From positions 1 to 48,644 of the forward strand of contig JAVRCJ020000015.1 in NCBI GenBank assembly GCA_034530875.2: a stretch of DNA of 48,644 nt, given 5' to 3'. This stretch comes from Nostoc sp. DedSLP01. Its GTDB lineage: Bacteria > Cyanobacteriota > Cyanobacteriia > Cyanobacteriales > Nostocaceae. The position numbers and the translations under genes were made by a program. The notes under the pieces are model-generated. The model was not told the origin of the DNA. It saw only the letters and a list, made by a program, of their open reading frames with translations, and ran no database searches. Positions 20,768-29,700 of this stretch are shown piece by piece. How positions within the stretch are numbered: position 1 is the first letter of the stretch; every line of letters begins with the position of its first letter.

Positions 20768-22657
20768 CTAAGATAATTGCGCCAGTGGTATATCTTCAAC
20801 TTCTGGTAACTTTTCCAGAGACAGGGGAGTAGATTGGGTAGCGCCAGATAAACGTTTTAAAAGGCTAGGTCTGGGGTCATGCAATAAGTAGATAATGCGA
20901 TCGCCAACTTCCCACTCTTGGTTAGCTGGCATTACTTGTAAACGTTCTTCTCGTTCTACTAGTAGCGGTATCAATACCCCAGACCGAATTTTATCTTGGA
21001 TGCGATCGTATTGAGTGGAAAATTCCGATTCATTAAGCGTCGTTGTCCCTAGTTTGACTCGTCCATCATTGAGATACTCATTCCAAGTCTTAATGGCTAA
21101 GTCTGGGATAAAAGCTTGATTAACTTTAATATTGGCTGAACTATTTGCTTGCGGATCCCGAGGGAAAACAGCTAAGACACGTGGCGGATTAAACTCCTCA
21201 GCTGCCCGTTGAGCCAAAACAAAATTCACTTCACCGTTATTTGTCATCGCCAAAAAAGTACCCATAGAGGCAAGTCCAGCCTCTTCCAAAACAGCCGCAT
21301 CAAGGGCACTACTCGCAATCACCCGCAGATTTTGTGCTTCAGCTTGCACGAGACATTGCGGGTCAGTGTCAATCATGACCACGTTTTCTCCCCGTTCTTG
21401 AAAGAACCGGGCAATTAAAAGACTTAATGGATTGCAACCGACAATCACTGCCCCAGTTGCATCTTTCGAGGTAATTTCCAGCCACTTAGCAATCCAGCCA
21501 GCCGTTAGCCCTTGACAGACTACAGTCATGATAATTGTCAGGAAGACTAGAGCTTTAATGGAATCACCGCCATTAAAACCCCGCTGCGTTAGCAAAATCG
21601 CAAATAAAGAAGCAACAGAGGCAGAAACAATTCCTCTAGGAGCAACCCAGCTTAAAAACAATTTCTGCCGCCAGTTGAGGTCGCTGTTCCAGGTACACAA
21701 CAGGATATTAATCGGGCGAACAACGAACATTAGTACCAAAACAGTGAATAAACTACCCCAACCCAAAGCAAACACACTGGCAATTGATAAGTCAGCCGCT
21801 AAGAGGATAAATAGTACTGAAACGCTAAGAATGGTCAGCTGACCCTTAAAGCTTCTTAAAAGACGTTCTTCTGGCACAGAGGAGTTAGCAAATACTGCTC
21901 CAGCAACTACCGTTGTCATCACTCCCGATTCGCTGCGGATCATTTGCGATAAAGTAAACAGACTCCAAAGTATCGCCAGCACCACTAAATTTTTTAGCTC
22001 GAATGACAGAAAACTGGCGCGTTTGAAAATCAAACTCATCATATAACCGCCAATGCCGCCAATTGCCGCACCAACACCCAACCGCATCGCTAAACCAACG
22101 ATCGCATTGATTGGCGCAGCGTCACCGTTCAAAATCGTATCGAGGACAACGAAGGCCAGGATCGCTCCTACAGGGTCAATTAAAACTCCTTCGCCTTCTA
22201 AAAGCGTCGCCACCTGTCGGTCTACATTGATTTGTTTGAGGAGGGGACCAACTACAGTTGGGCCTGTAACCACGACTATAGAAGCATAGAGAAAAGCTAT
22301 GTTCCAAGGAAATTCACCCAGCCAGTGAGCAGCCATACTCCCACCAAGCAGTGTGATGAGAGTTCCCAGCGTAACAAGCAATTGTAGGCTGACTGAAACT
22401 CTGCCTAACTCTCGTAAATCTAAATTGAGTCCACCTTCAAACAAAATTATTGCCGTTGCCAAGGCGACAATAACTTCCAGCCCAGTGCCTAGCAAATGGG
22501 GGTGCAACAGTCCTATGCCATCAGAGCCAAATAGGATGCCCAACAGCAATAACAAGACGATGCTGGGTACCCGGAGGTATGCAGCCAGCACTTGGGCGCT
22601 GATGCCTGCAAGCACAGCGATCGCCATTTGGAGGGTGATTTCAAAAGATGCTTCCAT
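20768..22657 (-). CDS. CPA1 cation:proton antiporter with TrkA-N (RCK) domain
   Basis: Many TMs, ILFEGGL, TGPTVV, LEGEGVLIDPVG, APRGIV; C-terminal AVIVGCN. Confidence 0.92.
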   Translation of the reverse strand: MEASFEITLQMAIAVLAGISAQVLAAYLRVPSIVLLLLLGILFGSDGIGLLHPHLLGTGLEVIVALATAIILFEGGLNLDLRELGRVSVSLQLLVTLGTLITLLGGSMAAHWLGEFPWNIAFLYASIVVVTGPTVVGPLLKQINVDRQVATLLEGEGVLIDPVGAILAFVVLDTILNGDAAPINAIVGLAMRLGVGAAIGGIGGYMMSLIFKRASFLSFELKNLVVLAILWSLFTLSQMIRSESGVMTTVVAGAVFANSSVPEERLLRSFKGQLTILSVSVLFILLAADLSIASVFALGWGSLFTVLVLMFVVRPINILLCTWNSDLNWRQKLFLSWVAPRGIVSASVASLFAILLTQRGFNGGDSIKALVFLTIIMTVVCQGLTAGWIAKWLEITSKDATGAVIVGCNPLSLLIARFFQERGENVVMIDTDPQCLVQAEAQNLRVIASSALDAAVLEEAGLASMGTFLAMTNNGEVNFVLAQRAAEEFNPPRVLAVFPRDPQANSSANIKVNQAFIPDLAIKTWNEYLNDGRVKLGTTTLNESEFSTQYDRIQDKIRSGVLIPLLVEREERLQVMPANQEWEVGDRIIYLLHDPRPSLLKRLSGATQSTPLSLEKLPEVEDIPLAQLS

Positions 22658-22923
22658 GTTGTAGATTTTGAGCCATTTATTTCAAAATCTGTTGTTAAAA
22701 ACCGTAGATATTAACTCTACAGGGTACAACATCATACACTTTCTCCTTTCCAGAATTTTGTGTTTTTTCTATTTAGGCATTTGCCAGAATCAGGAGCATC
22801 GGACGTTAATGCACCTTACCCAAAACCGCACAAGGAGCTACAGATTTTTTTGTGTATCCATACCTATTCAAACCTTTGCCTCCACCCAGTTTAGCTGCCG
22901 CAAAGTTTTTTTGGCAAAAACTG

Positions 22924-22952
22924 TTGACATCGCTAAAGAAATTAGTTACCTT
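22924..22952 (+). promoter_or_regulatory. Sigma70-type promoter of tRNA-Glu
   Basis: TTGACA (22924-22929), 17-bp spacer, TACCTT (22947-22952). Confidence 0.6.
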
Positions 22953-22972
22953 ATAAAAGGTCTGAGCCTGAT

Positions 22973-23045
22973 GCCCCCATCGTCTAGAGGCCTAGGACAC
23001 CTCCCTTTCACGGAGGTAACGGGGATTCGAATTCCCCTGGGGGTA
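22973..23045 (+). tRNA. trnE: tRNA-Glu (TTC)
   Basis: Acceptor GCCCCCA/TGGGGGT, anticodon arm CCTCC-CTTTCAC-GGAGG, T-arm GGGGA-TTCGAAT-TCCCC; CCA not encoded. Confidence 0.97.
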
Positions 23046-23126
23046 CTAAAAAAATATAATTATTTAATTGGCAAAAGCCAGACATGAAGAATTATCATTC
23101 AGGGAATGTCCTGAACGATAACTTTA

Positions 23127-23744
23127 TTAAACATTGGCTTTTTCATTACCTAGTGCTTCTACACGCTGGTAGATAGCTAGAAGATTTAACCGCAAATCTT
23201 TACTCAGGCGGTTTTCAATAATACCTATTGGCATAGTCAGTTTAGGCCAAACTTGAATTGTGTAGCAGAGATTAGTTCCTACACACTCACCCAAGGAATA
23301 AGGCTCTAAGTACCAGCGGCCAGAAAAGTCTTTAAAATCTCCTTCTACCATCTGAAAATTAATTTCTTTGGGGAAGTATTCTTTTAGATCTAGAACTACC
23401 CGCGCACAAAAGTTGAAGTTTAGTAAGCGCTGGGAGCCTATTTGTTCGAGTCGAATACCACCGTCAGGATGCTCGATGAGGCTACTTTTGGCAAGGTTGG
23501 GGATGAAGTCAGCCAAGGCTTCATAATCTGTCAGAACTTGCCATATTTTTTCCACTGGTTGGGGAATTTGGATTCTAGCAGTGATTTGCCGCTGCCGTTG
23601 TGCTATTTTCTGGATTTGAACTTCTACTTTGTCCAACAAAGCAACTGTATCAGCAGGCAAATCAGCTTCTAAAACTTCTAAGTTGATGTCATCAGTGGAA
23701 GACTGGAAATCGAGGTTCTCTGTTGTGTTGTGTTCTTGAGTCAC
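23127..23744 (-). CDS. SRPBCC / polyketide cyclase-dehydrase family protein
   Basis: WQVLTDYEALADFIPNL, MVEGDFKDFSGRW. Confidence 0.9.
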   Translation of the reverse strand: MTQEHNTTENLDFQSSTDDINLEVLEADLPADTVALLDKVEVQIQKIAQRQRQITARIQIPQPVEKIWQVLTDYEALADFIPNLAKSSLIEHPDGGIRLEQIGSQRLLNFNFCARVVLDLKEYFPKEINFQMVEGDFKDFSGRWYLEPYSLGECVGTNLCYTIQVWPKLTMPIGIIENRLSKDLRLNLLAIYQRVEALGNEKANV

Positions 23745-23752
23745 TGTCAGAA

Positions 23753-25819
23753 TTATGGTTTGCTTTCGTCAGAAAATTGCGGCAGAGTCAGAGTGAAGCA
23801 AATTTCGCTCTGTTGAGAATCCTCGATTGGTAGACTTTCAACTGCGATCGCTCCATTGAGATGCTGCACTAAAGACTTGACTAAAGCAAGTCCCAAGCCT
23901 GTCCCTGGAGTCCAGCGTCCTTTTCCACGACGGAACTTATCAAAGATGTAGGTCGCTTCTTCTTCAGAAATGGCACGTCCGATGTTCGTCACCTTTATGA
24001 TAACTCGATCTACTTGTTGCTCGACTTGGTGAAAGGACTCTAGGCGAACTACAGTATCATGCTCTGAGTATTTACAGACATTTGTCAGCAATTCTTGGAG
24101 AATGCGGTCGAAACTTTCGAGTTCAGTTTGAAGTTTCAGCGATTCTTCTGGTAAATCTAAAGAAATCTTTAATGCTTTCTCGGCTAGTTTTGGCTCAAAA
24201 GATGCCGCTATATGCCCAATTCTAGTATTTAAATCTATAGTTTCTAATTGCGGAGCTTCGTGAGGCGATTCTAGTTTCTGGAGTGTTAGCAGGTCATTAA
24301 TTAAGTTAATTTCCTTTGTACATTCCTGCTCTAGGATATCCAGATATCTCACCTGACGTTCTGGCGCTATTCCTGGCAAACGTAAGTTGCGAATTGACAT
24401 TAGCATGTTTGTCAGAGGGTAGCGCAGGCGATCGCTCATATTACTCAAAAATTCATCTTTGAGTTCGTTTAGTTGCCGCAACTGCTCGACATATTGTCTG
24501 GTTCTTTCATGCAATTTTGCTTGAAGTTCCAGGCTGCTTTGTAGTTTTGCTGTGCGCTCGTCTACCAAAGTTTGCACTTGACGCAATGTCTGGGACTGGA
24601 TGATGGCATTGCTCGCTTGAGCGCAAACCATTTCCACAAGATTTAATTCTGTTGGCTGCCAACTGCGAGCCTGAGATTGCTGCAATACCAAGAATCCTAA
24701 AATTCTACCTTGACTTTCTAATGGCATTAACAGCACCGCAGGAAAGTCCTCTAGTGCAAATAATGCAGCAGCACTGGAGATCTCGTTCTGGGCTGTAAAA
24801 TCTTCCAAAATTACTGGCTTTCCAGAATCTATGAAGGCACGCTGGCATAAACCACACTCTGAAAGCAAGAAAGATTGCTCTGAGGTCTCTGATTTGCTAG
24901 TGCGGGAATTTGGTGTTGCCTTAGCCCATTCACTAACTACTGTCGCTTTGGCTTTGGGAACTTGTTTTTTCTGTTGAGTTCTAAACAGTGGGTCTGTATA
25001 TTTCAACAGTATCAGCAAACCCCGATCTACTTGTAGAGATTCAGCGGTAGAAGTTACTGCTAATTGGAGCATTTGATTGAGCTCCAAGTTGCTACGGCTT
25101 AATATAGTTAGCTGCTTGATCAAGCTTTGGTGCTGATTGCTTTTTTGCAACTCCTGTTGCTGTTGGGCAATGAGCTGGACTTCGGCGACGCGAGAAAAAG
25201 CGATCGCGCAAGAAGACTCCACTTCTTTAAGCAGTTGTTTTTCTGATTCGCTCCAATCATAAGGTTGGAATTTAATCAGACAAATCACTCCATTGTTATT
25301 GCCGCCAAACCGGGTAGGAATTGCCAAAACTGCTTTTATCGGTAGCGGGAGATACTGACATCCAATTACCAAACTGTTCTGAATAATCGAAATATCTTCA
25401 ATAGTTAATGGTTCAGCAGCACATTGCAGCACTGGAGAATGCATGAGCAACTGTTCCATCGAAAATACTTCTTCTGGATGAGGCAAGCCTAAATACTCAT
25501 CAGCACACCAATTTGTAGCAGTTGGTTCATTAGATATGTCACCTGTTACTGAAACCAAGCAGCAGCAATCTACTTGAAAAGTAACTCCTAGCAATTTGGC
25601 AATATCTTGCAGTATCAATGTCGTTGTCGAGTGATTGGCAACGATCTGGTTAATCTTTTGTACCAACTGGCGGGCAGGTTCTTCCTGATGCTGCATCAGC
25701 TTCACTTGGTAAGAAGGTTGTAGTCGATCTACGTCATTTAAGTAGTGTGGCGGCGACGATAAAGGTTTTTTCATTCTTGGCACGCCCTTGGATGATAAAT
25801 CCATTGTTTTTGCACCCAA
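23753..25819 (-). CDS. GAF-GAF sensor histidine kinase-like protein with a degenerate H-box
   Basis: Two GAF domains; H-box region EFLSNMSDRLRYPL; N-box ELLTNVCKYS, F-box IFDKF, G2 GTGLGL; start uncertain. Confidence 0.85.
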   Translation of the reverse strand: MGAKTMDLSSKGVPRMKKPLSSPPHYLNDVDRLQPSYQVKLMQHQEEPARQLVQKINQIVANHSTTTLILQDIAKLLGVTFQVDCCCLVSVTGDISNEPTATNWCADEYLGLPHPEEVFSMEQLLMHSPVLQCAAEPLTIEDISIIQNSLVIGCQYLPLPIKAVLAIPTRFGGNNNGVICLIKFQPYDWSESEKQLLKEVESSCAIAFSRVAEVQLIAQQQQELQKSNQHQSLIKQLTILSRSNLELNQMLQLAVTSTAESLQVDRGLLILLKYTDPLFRTQQKKQVPKAKATVVSEWAKATPNSRTSKSETSEQSFLLSECGLCQRAFIDSGKPVILEDFTAQNEISSAAALFALEDFPAVLLMPLESQGRILGFLVLQQSQARSWQPTELNLVEMVCAQASNAIIQSQTLRQVQTLVDERTAKLQSSLELQAKLHERTRQYVEQLRQLNELKDEFLSNMSDRLRYPLTNMLMSIRNLRLPGIAPERQVRYLDILEQECTKEINLINDLLTLQKLESPHEAPQLETIDLNTRIGHIAASFEPKLAEKALKISLDLPEESLKLQTELESFDRILQELLTNVCKYSEHDTVVRLESFHQVEQQVDRVIIKVTNIGRAISEEEATYIFDKFRRGKGRWTPGTGLGLALVKSLVQHLNGAIAVESLPIEDSQQSEICFTLTLPQFSDESKP

Positions 25820-26719
25820 CCTTTTGGCATATTGTTTACCGTTAGTTGTGTTGCTAGACCTTGATAATTGATAAATTTTCTATGAATGCTTTCTCTCACC
25901 TGTTATAGCCCTTTTCTCTGTCAGATGGCCAAGTTTCCGAATATTTTAAGTAAATTGCTACATGTATATTCAGACAGTTTAGATATGCTAAAATCTTTTG
26001 CCCAGGTTATTTTTAATTTCTTTATTATTGATGTGACTAACTAAGTTCCTAACTAACTCCGACTTAGAATATCCTGTTGTGTAAGTATACTTAAACCGTA
26101 ATTTCTCTGGAATCAAAGCACAGTCATCAGTAGTTCTAACCGTAAAAGTACTGGACTAGGTTAAAAATTTTTGTAAGATTTATTTCAATTTTGCCCTGTT
26201 TAACAAGCGAGTCTTGGCTCTGTGCTAGCTTCAAGAAAGATATAAAAAGCGCAAGCTTGAGATTGTTTGGCGCAGCTGCGATCGCAATACTCTGATGTTG
26301 AATAGAGTATTGCGAAATCTAGATACACAGTGCTTTCTAGAGGATGCTATCTCAAGTGTTAACTTCAAGTGAAGGCACTCACAAGTAATATTTCTACACT
26401 TACGTTTTTTAAAACAGCAATACTGGAGGGTTTTCCGTAAACTCTGAGTACACCCTAGCCTAGTGTTAGTTTTGGTTTTAGTAATTGGGTAGAAATTACT
26501 AGGTATTAGCAGTTATGCATCGATACAGTTGAGATAAGCCTGTTTTTTCTTCCCCCTGTTAAGAGTTCCCTTGCCTCCACAGACGAGCTTTCTTAACCCA
26601 AGCGTATTGAGTTATGCATTACCAACTTCATAAATATAAGTATAATTAAACGCAAATCAATAATCTATAAAATTTAACAATGAATTTTATCTTTGAGTGC
26701 AAATCAAGCTAAATCTTGG

Positions 26720-26760
26720 AATGCAGCCGAATTATTTAGCCAGAATAACCGAGCTGCATT
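26720..26760 (-). terminator. Hairpin downstream of the RHH regulator
   Basis: AATGCAGC...GCTGCATT. Confidence 0.4.
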
Positions 26761-26775
26761 CGCCTGGATATAGGA

Positions 26776-27111
26776 CTATCCGGCCAAACTCTCGACACTC
26801 AAAGGCACCATATCGCCATTCCTCGTCAGTCCTAACAACATTGGTTGTTGGGGTTGGATTAGCTGACCCGTGAGGACGCAACGTTCTTCTTGCTGAGCTG
26901 TGGCGGCTATGCTAGCTCGAATATCGGCTCGGGAAAATCGCGGCTTCCACTCACCTGACTTTTGCTGGACATAATTCCAAAGAATATCTCGGATCAGAGC
27001 TTGATATCCCTGATTGCCAGCGATTTCTTTGAGTTTATCTTTGAGTTCCCGTTCTAGGCGGATGCTGGTAACTTCCATATCGGTGGTTGGGGTGCGAGCG
27101 ATTGTATGCAT
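26776..27111 (-). CDS. trcR: Ribbon-helix-helix repressor, TrcR (All0854)-like
   Basis: VTSIRLERELKDKLKEIAG..GYQALIRDILW RHH pattern; divergent from HNH remnant and Alr0857-family gene (synteny recalled from Anabaena PCC 7120). Confidence 0.75.
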   Translation of the reverse strand: MHTIARTPTTDMEVTSIRLERELKDKLKEIAGNQGYQALIRDILWNYVQQKSGEWKPRFSRADIRASIAATAQQEERCVLTGQLIQPQQPMLLGLTRNGDMVPLSVESLAG

Positions 27112-27132
27112 GACTTTTTCTCCTTAAAGGTA

Positions 27133-27161
27133 TAGACAGGATAGTAATACAAGTGTAGTAT
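27133..27161 (+). promoter_or_regulatory. Promoter overlapped by a direct-repeat operator (candidate TrcR site)
   Basis: TAGACA (27133-27138), 17 bp, TAGTAT (27156-27161); GTAATAC-AAGT-GTAGTAT repeat with 11-bp period at 27144-27161. Confidence 0.65.
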
Positions 27162-27182
27162 GTTTAAAGGAATGTTCAATAG

Positions 27183-27431
27183 GTGAAATTTTCTGTGATA
27201 TCCATTTACCCCATCTCTACTTCCTTATGCGCTACCAATTGCCGAGCCGATTGGGAATCAGCTGCTGCGGGAGTGGAGTATTTATTTATGGGCGGTATTA
27301 GCCAAAATCATGGGCAAATCACAGAGGGTAATCATGAGTTTAGATATCTGAGCATTGGTCGCTTGATTGCGAAACCACAACTAGGTAAAGAAAGCGGGGG
27401 GTACAGACAAAGAAATTCTGTACCGATATAA
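27183..27431 (+). CDS. Hypothetical protein / possible leader ORF
   Basis: 82-codon ORF directly after the predicted promoter, ending 28 bp before a terminator. Confidence 0.45.
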   Translation: MKFSVISIYPISTSLCATNCRADWESAAAGVEYLFMGGISQNHGQITEGNHEFRYLSIGRLIAKPQLGKESGGYRQRNSVPI

Positions 27432-27458
27432 GACCAAAAAGTTTTTCGGTCAATTTCC

Positions 27459-27496
27459 AACCCCCGCTTCAGGTAAAGAAGAAGCGGGGGTTTTTT
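27459..27496 (+). terminator. Intra-operon intrinsic terminator (possible attenuator)
   Basis: AACCCCCGCTTC-10 nt-GAAGCGGGGGTT followed by TTTT. Confidence 0.85.
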
Positions 27497-27511
27497 ATAA
27501 GGAGTCAAGCT

Positions 27512-27849
27512 GTGACGACTGCAAGGCAAGTGTTAGAGCAATCCGTAGTGATGTTTTATCAGATTTATTTACCACTATGTTGGATCAATATCAAGCGGGC
27601 GATTATTTTATTAGTAACAAAACAAACTGAAGTACTGGGTTTTACCACGGAAAGTAAATTGCAAATTCACTCACCTAAGTTGGTAGTGGATTTGGAAAGT
27701 TCCAGCCTTTAATTGACGAAAAGCGTTGCTGTGAAACGATCGCACCTACCAAAATTATGGGTGCAGCAAACATCTAAGGCTAGATTATCTGATACCGCGA
27801 TCTACAGACTGAACAGTTTTGGATAAATGTGCAAGCAAACCTGGAATAA
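27512..27849 (+). pseudogene. Decayed HNH endonuclease gene
   Basis: Three fragments in different frames: MTTARQVLEQSVVMF..YLPL..INIKRAI; WKVPAFN*RKALL*NDRTYQNYGCSKHLRLDYLIPRS (from 27693); EQFWINVQANLE* (27811-27849). Confidence 0.8.
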
Positions 27850-27865
27850 CAGGAGAGCATAAGGA

Positions 27866-28255
27866 ATGCTGAAATTAACTTACACTGAAAGCAGCTTTTA
27901 TTTAGAATTTCTCACTCAGTCGCTAGAAGAATGGGTAGCGCAACGAGTGATTTTGGCGCTACGAGTCGGGCATACTCTTAGCGTTGAACCAAGTACAGCT
28001 TCCTTTTTGCTTCCTGTTGATTTACCGGAAGTAGAAGTGCTAAAGGCTGAGGTAAGAAGAGATGACAGAGAAATCATTGCTCTGTGTGTCTGTGATAGCG
28101 AATATGTGGAAGTCACCTTGCGGGGTTCTTGGCTTTCGGATCCTTGTGAAGATGCCGCAGGTGTGTTTGTGACCACAATGAGCGATCGCGCCGAGTTCTT
28201 TTTGCACAAACTTTGGCAAGAAGCTCAAGCCTGTGCTTCCGTCATGAGCGAATAA
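27866..28255 (+). CDS. Alr0857-family protein
   Basis: MLKLTYTE..F.LE.L..SLEEWVAQRVILALRVG..L.VEPSTASFLLP; AAGGA RBS. Confidence 0.8.
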   Translation: MLKLTYTESSFYLEFLTQSLEEWVAQRVILALRVGHTLSVEPSTASFLLPVDLPEVEVLKAEVRRDDREIIALCVCDSEYVEVTLRGSWLSDPCEDAAGVFVTTMSDRAEFFLHKLWQEAQACASVMSE

Positions 28256-28265
28256 ATGAAATTAG

Positions 28266-28289
28266 AGGGTGAGTAAAATTTCTCACCCT
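28266..28289 (+). terminator. Hairpin after the Alr0857-family gene
   Basis: AGGGTGAG-8 nt-CTCACCCT. Confidence 0.55.
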
Positions 28290-28722
28290 TGATTGCCCGA
28301 TTTCTAACAGTTTAGGAATTTTCACCAAGTTAGTAACTTTGGTGTTTGAGTTTGTTGATGATTTGTCACAGAGCGATCGCCATCTTTCATCAACAGCTTA
28401 ATAAAAATTAAAAAAGTATTAATACGCGGTTTGAGATTAATTTCTTGCTGACGACCGTTTTATTTTTTTTGCCTTTTAGCTTTTTGTTTTTATTTTTTAC
28501 GGAAGAACTCAGAAGTCAGAATAGTTAAAGAATCAGGATTTGCAAAGTTTTCTTAAATAAAAAATAACTAATTAAAAAGTAGATAGGGCGTGTGCCTTAC
28601 CTATTTTTATTTTTAATGCCATAAATTTTCTGAAAACCAGTTTCAATTTCCGAAACGAGCCTGACAAATAGTGAAAAAAAAGGTTAGGTTAACTGTTAAT
28701 CATAAGCGGCACCGCAGCAGCG

Positions 28723-29673
28723 ATGGTAAAAGAATTAGCAATTTACACCCGCGGACTAACTAAGCAATTTGACCGACACGTTGCTGTCAATGATGTTGAT
28801 TTAGAAATCCAAGCGGGTGAGGTATATGGACTGATTGGGCCGAACGGCGCAGGTAAAACCACTCTCATCAGAATGTTGGCGACTGCTGAGGAACCAACTA
28901 CGGGGGAGATTTATATTAACGGCGATCGCTTGCTACGTGACAAGAGTAACCCCAAGCTCAAGCGTCGTCTTGGTTACTTACCGGACGACTATCCACTGTA
29001 TGAGGATTTGACAGTCTGGGACTACTTAGATTATTTTGCGCGTTTGTATCGCTTGCGGGAACCGCGCCGCACTCAACGCCTACATGAAGTTTTAGAGTTA
29101 ATCCAACTTGGTAATAAACGCCACAGCTTGATTTCTACTCTCTCACGAGGGATGAAACAGCGTTTGAGTTTAGCGCGAACCATTATCCACGAACCGATTT
29201 TACTATTACTAGATGAGCCTGTTTCTGGACTTGACCCGATTGCGAGAATGCACTTCCGTGAAATCATCAAGGCCTTACGAGAAGCTGGGATGACAATATT
29301 AATTTCCTCCCACGTTCTCAGCGATTTAGCGGAATTATGTACTTCCGTGGGAATTATGGAACTTGGTTTTTTAGTAGAAAGTACTTCCCTACAGCAACTT
29401 TACCAACGTCTTTCACGCCAGCAAATCGTGTTATCTACTTTAGGAAAAATAGAGGCACTTTTGAGTGAAGTGAAACATCATCCTTTAGTAGAACAGTGGG
29501 AGGTGATACCAGGAAAAAACAGCGTGCGGGTGAATTTTTCAGGGACACAGGAAGATTGCGCGCAATTATTGCGATCGCTCATTGAAACAGGAATTCCTTT
29601 AACTGATTTCCACTGCACGCAAGAAGACTTAGAAACTATTTTCTTAAAATTAGGTCACAAACAAGCATCTTGA
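28723..29673 (+). CDS. ABC transporter ATP-binding protein
   Basis: GPNGAGKT, LSRGMKQR, LLLDEP, SSH. Confidence 0.95.
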   Translation: MVKELAIYTRGLTKQFDRHVAVNDVDLEIQAGEVYGLIGPNGAGKTTLIRMLATAEEPTTGEIYINGDRLLRDKSNPKLKRRLGYLPDDYPLYEDLTVWDYLDYFARLYRLREPRRTQRLHEVLELIQLGNKRHSLISTLSRGMKQRLSLARTIIHEPILLLLDEPVSGLDPIARMHFREIIKALREAGMTILISSHVLSDLAELCTSVGIMELGFLVESTSLQQLYQRLSRQQIVLSTLGKIEALLSEVKHHPLVEQWEVIPGKNSVRVNFSGTQEDCAQLLRSLIETGIPLTDFHCTQEDLETIFLKLGHKQAS

Positions 29674-29700
29674 TTTATTTATAGCTTCCACTCCCCATTT

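Noticed and set aside
22668..23087. 139-aa ORF
   Set aside because: Overlaps tRNA-Glu and its promoter; no protein features
23045..23130. Integrated element at tRNA-Glu
   Set aside because: No integrase, and no duplicated tRNA 3' end seen in the window
25900..26460. NtcA boxes upstream of the GAF kinase
   Set aside because: The GTA..TAC pairs I found have 6, 7 or 9-nt spacers, not 8
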